DNA from: an uncultured Planctomycetales bacterium
GTDB lineage: Bacteria; Omnitrophota; Gorgyraeia; Zapsychrales; CAYRXT01
Assembly: GCA_964428315.1 (NCBI GenBank)
Contig: CAYRXT010000001.1
Coordinates: 18,944 to 82,943, forward strand
Reading direction: 5' to 3'
DNA: 64,000 bases
In this document: positions 44,301-56,300 of the stretch, piece by piece
Numbering within the stretch: the first letter of the stretch is position 1
Layout of the letters: each line of letters begins with the position of its first letter
Notes under the pieces: generated by a model
The model's database searches: none
What the model saw: the letters and a program-made list of their open reading frames with translations, nothing else
What the model was told of the DNA's origin: nothing
Translations under genes and position numbers: made by a program

Positions 44301-47300
44301 AGGGCGAGGACAAGCTTTCCCTGGACCCGGTCACCGGCGGCGGCTGGGCCTTCAAGGCCTCGGAGATGAGCTGGAAGAACGTCCTGCAGATGTGCGAGAC
44401 CGCGCTCAAACTGCGCGAGAACGGCCAGGGGCTGTCACAAAAACTGCGGTACATGGTGGAGGCCCACGCGAACCTGGCCAAGGACCGCATGGAATGGGAG
44501 ATGAAAAACACCACGGAGATCCTGAGGTTTTCCGACTTGACGCGGGTCATGACCGGCCTCAAGGATTCCGTCAAGTCTGAGGGCATGACCGCGGCGGATT
44601 ACGAGAACCTCTACCGCTTCAGCGTGGAGATGGCCGAGGTGACGCTCCTGCCCACCCGGGTCGTCTCCGACACCCCGAAATCGGCCCTTTACGCCCTGCC
44701 GGCCGAGATGCAGTCCGTGGGCCGCGACCTAGAGACCGTGACGCTCGACGAACTGCCCGCCTATCTGCGGACACTGTGGCAGGACCTCTCGGACAAGTTT
44801 GAGACAGGGGCGCAGGGCTTCGACGCCTGGATCCGCGCGGACGGAGGAGGCAAACAGATACGGGATATCATCGAACAATACGGCTGGCTCGTGCCCGGGA
44901 CTCGGAAGCTGGGCGAGCACGCGGTCCAGTTTGTGCGCATGGCCCTCGATTTCATGGCGCGGCCCGTGGAGGTCCGGGAGAAGCTGGTGGCCCTGGCCGG
45001 CGCGCGCTCGCCGCTCGAGGCCGCCTACAAGCTGTTTGTCAGCGGGATCACCAGCCAGAGGACCCTGATGCTTTTGGTCTTCATGTACAGTTTTTACGTG
45101 GAGAAACTGGAAGGCGGGGGCCTGAGCCTGAAGCAGCTGCGGGAGGTTATGACAGCCGTTGCCGACAGGCCCCACGAGCTGGCCGTCGAAGTGGCCCGGC
45201 GCATGGGGCTGGAAGAAAGTTACATCATCCGGAACTTTGAACAGTGGTTCAGGGATGAAGGCTTCGGGGAGCTCACCGAGGAATACCTCGAGGAATGGAG
45301 CGACGCGCTGAAGCACGAAAACAGGATCAGCCGTCTCCTGCGCGGCAGGATCGCCAACGCGCGCCAGCATTTCAGGCAGAAGAAGGTCCGGGAGACCGTG
45401 AGCCGGCTCATGAACCTGTGGGCGCCGCCGCTCAAGAAGATCGAAGGCCTCCTGGAGCGGGTGCGGAAGTCCGCCGTCATGGATGACCTTTCCCACGTGG
45501 AGCTCATGAGCATCATGGGCGTGAACCCCCCGATGAACAAGGTGCTGGGCCTCAGCGGGCGTTACAAACATTTTCTTGAATCCGCGCGCGAGGTGTTTTC
45601 GGACAAACACTACCGAAAACAGACCGTGCCGACCATCGCGTACCTCGCCGCCTTCCCGCGCAACATCGTCAGTTTTATCATGAGGCCGCGGCAGAGACAA
45701 GATAACCTGGGGACGGTCGGCGCGCAGAAGGCCGTCGAACAGGAAATGGCCTTCATCGCCGAACACGGGTTTGTCCCTGTCAGCGAGATCAGGGCCCTCC
45801 TCCGGGAGAGGATGACGTCCGATGAGCGGGGTGATACTAAGGACCTCTCAAAGGGCGACGCCGGCAGACTGCGTGAGCTGATCGGCCGCGCGGTGGACGG
45901 ACATGTCGCCGCGGAGCGGTTCCTGCGCAGTCCCGAACTCGCGAAATATCTCTCCCGGGTGCGCGTCGTCATCCGGGGCCGCCTCAACAGCAAGACGGAG
46001 ACCGACGAGAATAAAAAGGAAAAACACGTCAAGGGCGTGCTCGAAGACTTGGCGGACAAACTGGGCGCGCTGGAAGAGGACGTGGACGAACAGGGGTTCC
46101 TTGAGAGGGTAACCGGGGAACCGGGGATCACAATTGTTCAGATCGAGCGGATCCACAACATGATCCGAGACTGGCACGAAAAGACAGGGCTGGACATCGA
46201 ACTGTCCCTCGACTCGGTCCTGCGCGCCGGTATTGACGCGCTGGAAGAATACCTGGCCGCGTACGCGGAATTCAGGCAGGAAGAACTTGACGTTGAGGCA
46301 TTAATAGAAGGGACTAGGAAAGCCGGACCGGATGCCGCGTCCTTGGAGGATGTCCTCAAGGGTAAAGACAGCCGGGGGGCGCGGGGGGCGGTTTTTGAGG
46401 CCGTGGAGCGGGGCAGTCTGCCGTTGCGCGCCGCTTTGGCCCAGCTCAAGGACGCGGCCGTCATGGCGTTCAGACAGCGCGGGGCCGCCGAGCAGAAGGC
46501 CAGGGAGGCATCCATTGTTATCGGGCATAACACAAAGAACCGCGTCAACGTGGTCAACACGACGGGTATCCGGGGACGGAGCGGGTTTGCCGCGCTCCTT
46601 GAAAAGCTGGAGACGTTCATGGAGAATGTCTCCTACTACACAAGGGGCCTGCCCGTGTCCGATATTGTCCGTCAGATCAAGCTCGTGGAGGGTTCGGACA
46701 ACCTCTGGTCCTTCACCGTGCCGCCGGCGGACGTGGGCCTGGAAGAAGGCGAGGTAGACCTCAGGCTGGATATCTCCGCGCTCGAATGGTCCCCGGTTGA
46801 GCAGGCGGCGCTGGCCGTCCTTTTGGCCCGGAGCCTGAACGACCGTGAGAGCCAGCTGGCAAAAAAGATTGACAGGGAAGGGGCCGCCGGAGAGCAGGCC
46901 AGGGAGCTTGCGGACATTCTGTGGGGAGGCGAGAAAAACTCGTTCAACCACAAGGACCTGGCCGGGCTCAGGAAGGCGTTGGACGACATACTTGATGTCA
47001 TCAGTGAAAAGGCCGGTAAAGCGGATATCAGGAAACTCGCAAGAAAGATCCGCGGCATACTGAAGAAGGCTGATAAGCAGGACAAAGGCGCTCAATGGGC
47101 GGACAAGGAGATCCAGACGCTGTTGAAGAAATTTTTACACAGGTTTCAGAAGACGCTGGATGAAGACTCCATTAAGCATTCCGTCAGGACCGCGGCAGAG
47201 GAGGCCCTGGGGGTCGTGTGGGACAACAACGCCGGCCTTCTTAACGATGCCGCCGAAAAAGACAAAACCAAGGACAAGGACAAGGATGATGACGAGGATG

Positions 47301-50300
47301 ATGATTCTCCGCTCTGTTCTTTCGATGAGGAGACCGTCGACGGGGTTGCAAAGCACATACGGGATCTGATAAATGAAGAATACGGTGACATCGTCCGCGG
47401 ACGGGTTGAAGAGAGATCAGGGTATAAAAGCAGAGAGGATGCCGCGGATCAGCAGAGTTCATCGGAGGCCGCCGAAACCGTTGATAAAGGAGAAAAGGCT
47501 GAAGGCGGAACTGGGGCTGCGGAGAACCAGTCCGGAGAGAAAAAGGACGAGAAGACAGAGGAGGAACCACAGTCAGCGCCGAGCGATGGGGACACAGGGA
47601 CCCGGGCCGCGGATCAGACTGACGATCACCCCAGCGAAGGGGCAGGTTCGGGCACGGCAGAGGAAACAAAAACAGAGGATTCAAAGGCAGACGCCAAACC
47701 GCGTTCGTTCCGTGAGAAGGTTGTCCGCTTCTTCAGAGGCAACGGCGAGAAGGCGCGCGAGGTAAGCCGTCAAGTCAAAAAAGACGCCGAAGATAAGCTG
47801 AAAAAACTTTACGCTAACCATGATAGTAATGAAAAGAAACGATTGAGAGGGAAGACTCTCAGCGAAAGCCGCGGGCGCGAGGTCTATGGGCCGAAGGGGC
47901 TGGGACGCCTGTTCGATATTTTGACCAGGACGCGGTATTTCCGTATCAATCTGCCCTTTATCGGCTATTTTTACTGGGGTTACGACGGCAGGGGCTTTTA
48001 CGCGAACAAGGAGATCAGGGACGAGGAAGGCAGCACCGCCACTTTCCCGCTCCCCTCCGTCGTGGTGGCAACCGGGGGCGGGCTGACCTATTTCGACTTG
48101 ACGGACCTGGCTCCGGCTGTCGCCGGGTTTTTCATCGGCGGACCGGCCGGCGCCGCGGCCGGCCTGTGGATGGCGGCGAGCAGTCTTTTTCAGCACGAGG
48201 TCAAGGGCCCGGTGGTCGGGTTTGTTTCGGGCCACGCGCGGACCGCGGCCATGTACGGGCGCAAGGCTTCGTCCACGGCGATTTCTCTCTTCGGCGGCGT
48301 CAACAAGGTCAACCTTGACGGGCTGGCGGTGTGGCGGAAACTGCGCGTTATGGCGGCCGGCCCCATGGCTAACCTCCTGGGCGCGGGCGTGGCGGTCTTT
48401 CTTGGCGCCCTTCTGGGCGGTCTGGGATTCGAATCCCTGGCCGGCGTCCTGAGCGGCGCGTCGGATTTCAGCTCTTTCGGCGCCATGATAGCCAGCATGG
48501 GACAGAACATCGCCGGGCTGGTGCAGTCCGTGGGCAGCGGGCTGTGGTTCTCGCTCGATTTTTACCAGAACATCAACCTCCTTACCCTGAACCTGTTCCT
48601 GGCCCTGTTCAACCTCCTGCCGTTCGGGTTTACCGACGGCGGACGCATGCTGAGTGAAGGCCTTACCGCGTTGCTGAAGTCCACGTTGTACAGGAACGAC
48701 GCTTACGGCGCGGAGCGCGCGGCCAAGACCGTGATGAAATGGTGGACACGCTCCGCGGGCTTGATCGGGGTCGCCGCCCTCGCGGTCAGCGGGATAGACT
48801 GGATCGCGGCGTTCAGGACCGGAGGCGGCGTGCTCCTGGGCGGGACCCTTGTTCTCGGGACCGCCGGTTATCTGGCCGGGAAGATGATCAAAAAGTTGAC
48901 CAACGCCCGGGTTCCGGCTGCCGTGAGATACCTTAGAAACGGCATGCTGATAGCGGCCGGTTCGGTTGTCGCGCTTCATTTTGGGGCGATGCTGTTCAGC
49001 CACGCGGCGGCGTCCGCGGCCGGGAGCGTCGCGCAAGGCCGGCTGCCGGCCTCGGTTTTCCTGAGCGCCGCGGCGATAGCCCTGATCGCGAAGATCATCA
49101 AGAAAGACAGCGCCATTGGCCGCGTGGTCAGGCCCATGACGACACGCGTTTTCTGGAGCGGCCTGGTCATGGGTATTCTGGTCATAGGGGGCAACATGGG
49201 GCTTGTCTCGCTCGGGGCCGGGTCTGGGGCGGCCGCGGGACTCAAGGTCTTTGAGGGCGTTATGCAGAATTTGAACGGCCTGGCGCCGGCGATGCTGAAC
49301 GGCGCGGCCTCCTTCCTCGGGCTGACGGCCCTGGCGCCGTTCGCGGGTCATGTCGCTGGACACTGGCTGTTTGCCTCCGGGGCCCTGAGGGTCCTCGTGG
49401 TCGGCCTGGTGTCCGAATTCATGGACAACGATCCCTACAGCCACGGCAATAACACCGATGACGAATATCAGGACGGTGAACTTCACGGTAGTCTTTTCCC
49501 CAATGTTTTCAATATAGGGACATCTCTGCTCAGGACAGCGGCTGATATAACCGGAGAAGACGGCGATCCTCATTGGCAGCAGGTGAGCGTGACCGATCCC
49601 GGGCTGTCAGATTTTGGACCGGGACCGGATGAAGACGGTTATGTGCCTGACGCCGTCGGCATGCCCTTGCCGCCGGCTCCGGCCGCGGGTCCTTTGATCC
49701 CGGGGACGCAGACGCCGTTATATTTCTTTGAGCCGTCTTCTTCGACGTTTCCGCTGATCTTCGGCGCGACGACTCCGGGCCCTGACGGAATGAGAATGAC
49801 AGTGGCCTCGGCTTCGCGCGGGGACGCCGATCCCTTCCAGGCGGCCACGACCGACAGGGGCCCGTTTGCCAATGTCAATTCCGCCGCGCCGGTCGAACCG
49901 GTGCCGCCGAACCCCGGCTCCGGTAATAACAACCCGGGCGGTCCGGGAGGCGGGAATCCTCACGCGGTGATCGCCTTTGTCAATAGTCAGGCAGGCGACC
50001 GTGCCGCTGTGGCACATTCCAGTGTTACCGATCCGAATATCTCAGGTTATCGTTGGACTCTATCGACATCTAGCAATGTCAAAGCGTCACATTATATGTC
50101 AGGCAACACAAGTCCCACGCCGTTTCGCGCTGCCGCCCTTTCCACAAAGGGTCAGGCAGGGAACGCAGTAGAGTGGATCATTGATCAAACAGGAAGAGCA
50201 GTACGTGTAACAGTACACGCAGTTGCTGGTCTGATTTTGCCGACGCCGGTGTACGCGGCTGAGGTGAAAGACAGTGAAGTCTCTAACACGCTTATCGGCA

Positions 50301-53300
50301 AAGGGTTGTATGGATTCGGCCCGGCGTCGGTCGCGGGTGATGTGACAGGTGTGCGAGGTGTGCGCACGCGGAACAGCAGTGCCACAAGTGAAAACGGTCC
50401 AGCCATCCGGGTTACATCGGGCGTTGACGAAGCCCCGATGGGCCGAAAAGGCGGTATCCCGAGTGTCTATACCGGAAACGGTACAGGCGCGGAGGCGTTC
50501 TTTGGTGGTGTCAGTTTTGCAGGTAACAACGGTCAAGATCGGCCTGTGACAACGGCGACGGTACCTGTCGTCCACGGCTGGAACGGATTGACCGGCGGGG
50601 TTACCGGTGGTTCGGGAAGTGCGTCCGGTCGGAACGCGGGGAGATCCGCGGGACAATCGGGCCGGAACCTGAGAGATGTTCCAGAAAATCTCAGGTTCTC
50701 TGGTGTTTCCTCCACAGGCGGCCAAGCCACGGACTACCGCTATAACAGCGGCAGAGAAAGCCGGGAATCCGGGACAGGGACAACAGGCATCCCCACGGAC
50801 GATGCCGGGGACGGCGAAGCCGGTCCCGAAGGGTCCAGGGCCACAGTCACGGGAGGATCGCGAGGAAAGGGTGTTACCCGAGGTTCGATTCGTGTGTCCG
50901 GTACCGAAACGGTCCATGAGACCGGAATGGCTGCCGGCGAAGCCTTTAATGCGAATCGGCCCCGCACTGAAGACAGTACCGTCCGGCATGACGGACCAAA
51001 TGAAGTTGTAAATAACCCTGTGAGCCGTTTAGGAAACAGAAGAAACGGTCTGCAGGAATTTTCTGTATTCCCCACAGACGTCATTTCCCTCTACAGCGGG
51101 TTCGATTTCTCCCGTATTTTCCAACGGATATTCAACTCAATCAAACTGTCGTTGCGGGCCCTGAAAGGGCCAAGCGATGACACAAGCCACGGAGGTGCGC
51201 GATGGTTTACCCAAAGCAGAACTTTACGGACATGGATCTCTCGCACGCGGTCGAGTTTCCGGAATGCGATGTCTCGGTTAACACGGGCCGTGAGCGTTCG
51301 ACAGGACGAACGCGGATCTTCCTCATCTTCCATCACACGGGCCGGGCGTTCGCCCGTTACCGCAACGCCTGGTCGCCTCTGGCGAACGATGACGCGCGTC
51401 TTGTCCTGGCCCTCGCGGCGAGCTCAGATATCCCGCGCTATCGCGCTTCCGGCAGTCCTGATAGCCTTATTCTCCAGTAATGAAGCCGTGGCGGCCGGCG
51501 GGCTTCCGGCCGAAAACCTTCATTTGACCCCGGCCGGCCTGGCGGTGTTCCTGGCCCTGGGCGCGGTCGCGCTGGGGATCTACCTCTATCATGCCGCCAA
51601 TAATGAAAAGGCGCCGGGCCTGTCCGGAACCGGTCTGATCATGCGTGAATGGCTTTACGGCGGGGCAGATCTCCTGGCGCTTGTCGGCAGTGACCCTGAA
51701 ACGGCCCGGGACGTCCTGAAGACGCTCGAGGCGCTTACCGGCGAACCGGGCGCGGCAGGAAAGAATTTCCATGATAAAGAGGTTTATTTGAGGGCCCGGG
51801 ACACGTTCTTCGCTGATCTGGATTCCCGGGGCGTTACCTGTGAAGAATTGGAGCGTCTGACCGCCTCTCTCAGGGAAACAGCGGGCCTGGCCGGTGAGGC
51901 CCGAGAGGAGGAGACCGCTGAGGTTGTCCGTTACGCGCGAGAGGCGCGGACCGGCGTTTCCATGGCGAAATGGATCGGATGGGCGGCGGTCGCCGGGAGC
52001 GTCATCGGCCTGCTCGGCCGCATTGTCCTGGCCGGCCCGGTTGACGCCGGCATCCTCTGGCTGTCCGGCAGTCTGACCGCGGCCGGGGCGGCCATCCTTG
52101 TTGCCGACCTGACTGCCGGGCGCTGGGAAGGCATCAGGGATTCCCTGGAGAGCATTACGGACCGGTTGACAACCGGAGACGCCCGATTCTTCCCGCGCAT
52201 CCGCTATTCGAGGAAGACCCTGGCCCTGGTCATCGGCCTCATGATGGCCGTGCTTGCGGCCGGGATGGTCGGGGACGCCCTCCAGTCTCAGGAGCCATGG
52301 ACAACCACGGACTCCGGATACGTGAATGACGCCGCCGCCGGGACCGCGGGCGGCAGCGCGGCAGGCCCCGCCCCCGAGAACGGAGAGGGCAGGGAACCGC
52401 CGGATCCCGAAAAGACGCTCTCCCGGAACGCGGACGAACATCCCTTGCGGCGGGACCAGGACGTTGTTTTCGCCTCCATGGTGGATTGCGAGCTGGCGGT
52501 TAAACTCGCCGTGAAGTCCGTGACATGGGTTAAGGATCTGGTGGAGAAACTTCCGTTTGTTGATAACCCAGGGCGCGCGACGAGGTCTTATGAATCATGG
52601 ATCATTCCGGAAACGCCCGGGTCATGGCTCCGGGTTCAAAATGTGCACGGCAATACCGTTTATAACGCGAACCTCAACGGGATTGATTCATTCCAGTGGG
52701 ACGGCCGGGACAACCAGGACCGTGTTTTGCCCCAGGGCGTCTATCCCGCCCGGATTCGGGCCGGAAACAAGGAGTTCGGCTTTAAGTACCTTATCTCCGG
52801 AGATGATTTGGCAAGGGCCGCTTACGCCGTAGCCAAGAAAGGGACGATCAAGGCCTTCATCCCTGACCTCTTTGCGCAGGGTTTTATAGCGCCGGTAAGC
52901 ATGGCCGTTTCACCCGAGATACTCGTCTTGCTGGAAATGGAGAGGCAAGCCGCAAAGAAGAATTCCTTGGAAGATTCGCTTGCGCGGTCCCGGATGAGGG
53001 ACCTCTCGCCGTACGGTTACATTTACGACATGATGGGCCGGGAAAACCTCGAGCCGCGGGATATCCAGAGGATCGCCTTTCATTTCAGCGAACTTATGGA
53101 GAGCGAGGACGTGGAAGGCTTCAAGACAGCCGCGGACCTCTTCATGCCACGACATCAGGCGATCCTGAAGACGGAAGGGCATCGGCGGCTCTTCTGGCGT
53201 TTCTGCGACATTAACGCGGAGTTCCTGAATTGGATGGCCTGGAGAGAGGACCTTATGGTGAGCAGCGCATTCTTCCTCAAAGGCGCCGGTGAATGGCTGG

Positions 53301-56300
53301 CCGTGATTGAAGAAAACGATGAATCTGAAACGGCCGCGCGCCGTCTGGGACTGCCCATCGAAGAGAGCCGCAGTGTCGGACCGGGGATGACAGAAGATTT
53401 AACAGGGATGAAAATGGCCCAGGCCTCGACGGGCCGATACCTGGTGGCGGCCAACCTTTACAGGGCCCTCCCCATCTTGACAAGGAAGCAGATAAACCGG
53501 TTGGCCGGCGGCGTTATCGACCATGTGCGCTTTGTCCTGACCGGAGAAAACGCGCAAGGCGTCATTGAACTTTATCCGGTCCAGGCGCCCGAACCCTGGA
53601 CCTACGCCCTGGCGAAGGTCCCGTCAAATTCTTTCTTCGGTGATGCCAGATACCGCGATATACATACAGACTGCGTCACGCACGAAGCCGAGCATTTGTT
53701 CAAATATAACCGGATGGACATGCCGCTTTACATGAACACGGAGGTGGCTTTCAACGGCGGGTACATCCGGCTGGGGCCGGACGTCGTGCTTATGCGCGCG
53801 GTAGCGGTTTCCTTGTATAACCACTTCACCGGAAAGGACATGGTCGAGCCCGGGACAGCCTGGCAGGGGAGGCCGTGGCTCCAGTATCCGCATTTTGAGG
53901 AAGGCGGCTGGGCCGACTGGCAGGGGAAATGGGGCGGCTGCGTCGATTCACTGAGAAATTATATTGCGCGGAAAGCGGAGCGTGAAATCGTTTCCGACCG
54001 CAACTCTGAGATCGAAGAGGCCATCGCGGCGTACAGCCGCGGCCGGGATCTTTACCGCCTTTCCATGGGATACAGGGAATTCCTGGAGGAAAAATACGGT
54101 CCGGCGGCCGCGCGGTTCGGCGCGGACGTCTTCTTTGAATGGGTTAGCCGTTTCCCGGTCCTGGACGCGGACGTCGACACCTTGAGCCAGAAAGGCGTTT
54201 ACGGGCTGAGCCCGGCCGGGGCGGCGGTGGCCGCGGAGGCGACCGCGCGTTCCTATGCGTCGGACATCAGGGATATCTTCGTTGATGTCTGGAAGGGGAT
54301 ACGGCTTTGGAGCCATCAGGGCGTGACACCCGAGCAGGCCGCCGGCCGCGCGCGTTCGGCCTTTTACCGGACCTATGTGCCGGTGATCGTGGAAACCGTC
54401 AGAAGTATGAACGTCCCGCTGAGGGCCGAAGGGGCTCAGCTGGATTCTCTCGTCGGAGTTGTTATCGAAAAATTGGAAGATTTCGCGTATACGGGCGGCG
54501 ATATGTTTGACCCGGCTGTGCCGATGGATATTGCCGACGCGGCGGTTGTCGCGGCGGTGCTTGACGAAAATATCGGGCACAACTACACCGTGGACAACGG
54601 AGGTTTCAGTGTCATGGCCGATTCGCTGGACGAGGCTGAAGGAAAACAAGTGGCGATGAGCGCCGCCGGCGAGGCCGTTTTCTGGCAGGAGGACCCCGTC
54701 CCCGGCGAGCCGGGCCCGCTGCCCGTTGTCCCGGGGCGGCAGAACTTTATCGTCAGTTCGGTTTTCCTGACGGCAAACTGGATCCGGTCAATGCTGTCTC
54801 AAGACGCGCGGGCCCTTGACAAGACCTCCTCCGCGGCCGTGGAGGGCTTCTTTTACACGCCGCTTCCCGACGCCGATAATGTCGTCGAGGATACGGCGAT
54901 GACGGCGCTGTTCCGGGACAAGGTCTCGGAGATGGGCTGGCCGCACCCGTATCTGTTCCGCGCGATCCCGGTGTTTTACGTGGACAGCCGGACGGCGGAT
55001 TCCCTCGGGGTGACATGGGTCGGGCCCTACGAAGACTTCACGTCAAATGGATTCTCCCCGGAGGCGGACCCGGACCAGGACAGGGTTGTTTGGGCGCCGG
55101 TGGTGGACGGGATGTGGGGCGGACCGGGTCCGGCTCCGGAGTACCAGGACTATTACGACCCGGACAACCCGGATTACGACATGGCCGAGGATTATTCGGT
55201 GAGCCTGGCCGATACGGTTACCGGCGAGATGTGGGACTTCTGGTATTTCCGGGTGGATGTCCACGGCAATTATTACGCCTCGGCAGTGAAGTACTGGGGG
55301 CCGGGCAGCTGGCGGGGAGACGGGATCAGCACCTGTCAATATCCGGGGATCCGGGGCGCCGGGACACCGCTGGGCGCCGGACTGCTGACGCAGGAAGAGA
55401 TCCTGCGGGCGCGCGGAGGAGACATGGACGCGGTCACCCACAAGCTGATTTTCGCCTGGCCCTATTCCAGCAGTGAGATGAGATGGCCGGCGACACGCTC
55501 CGACGGGTGGAGGAGCGCGGGCGAGGGGATACCGGAAGGAACACTCTTACAGCTTGACCCGGGACATGATTATGAGCCGTATATCCGCCATTTGTCTTCC
55601 GAAGAAGACAGGAACGTGGCCCTCGCGCTGATCCGCGCGCTGAAGACATACGGCGCGGTCTGCGTGGACAACGGCGGAGGGTTCGGGATCATCGTCGAGC
55701 AGGTGGACGGCACGCACGCGAAACTGAACCCGGACTGCCTGGCGGGGATCAACCTGGACAAGTTCCTGGTCGTGGCGCCGGAGAGTTTCCCCGCGGGCCT
55801 GGCACTGGAGCGGAGGATTGATCCGGAGGATCCCCTTGAGGGATATAAAGAGGTCGGTATTGAGCTGATTGTCAACAGGGACGATCCGGCGGCCGCCTCG
55901 AAGGTCCGCGCCGAGTTCCGTTCGCTGGACGGCGAAAGCCTGGTGGAAGACAACAGGCACTTGATGCGGATGAACCTGGCGGCGGGTGAATTCGCGTGGC
56001 AGGACATGGGAGACGGCCGGGCGCGGATCGCCTTCGGGGTGGAGACTTCCAGCCGGGGCGGGGCGGAGAGCCTCATGGCCGACACGAGATACATCATGCG
56101 CCTGACCGTGGAGGACGGGCGGGGCGCCGAGAGCTATCCGCTGATCCATTCCTTCCGGTCGCCGGCCGTGGCGACGGACGTGGTCCCGGCCGCGGACGGT
56201 GACGGCGAAGATGGAGGAAATCTCCCGCAAAACTACCCGAACCCGTTCAATGCGGCCACGTCGGTGTGGTATGAGGTGCCGGAGGCCGGGCGCGTGGAGC

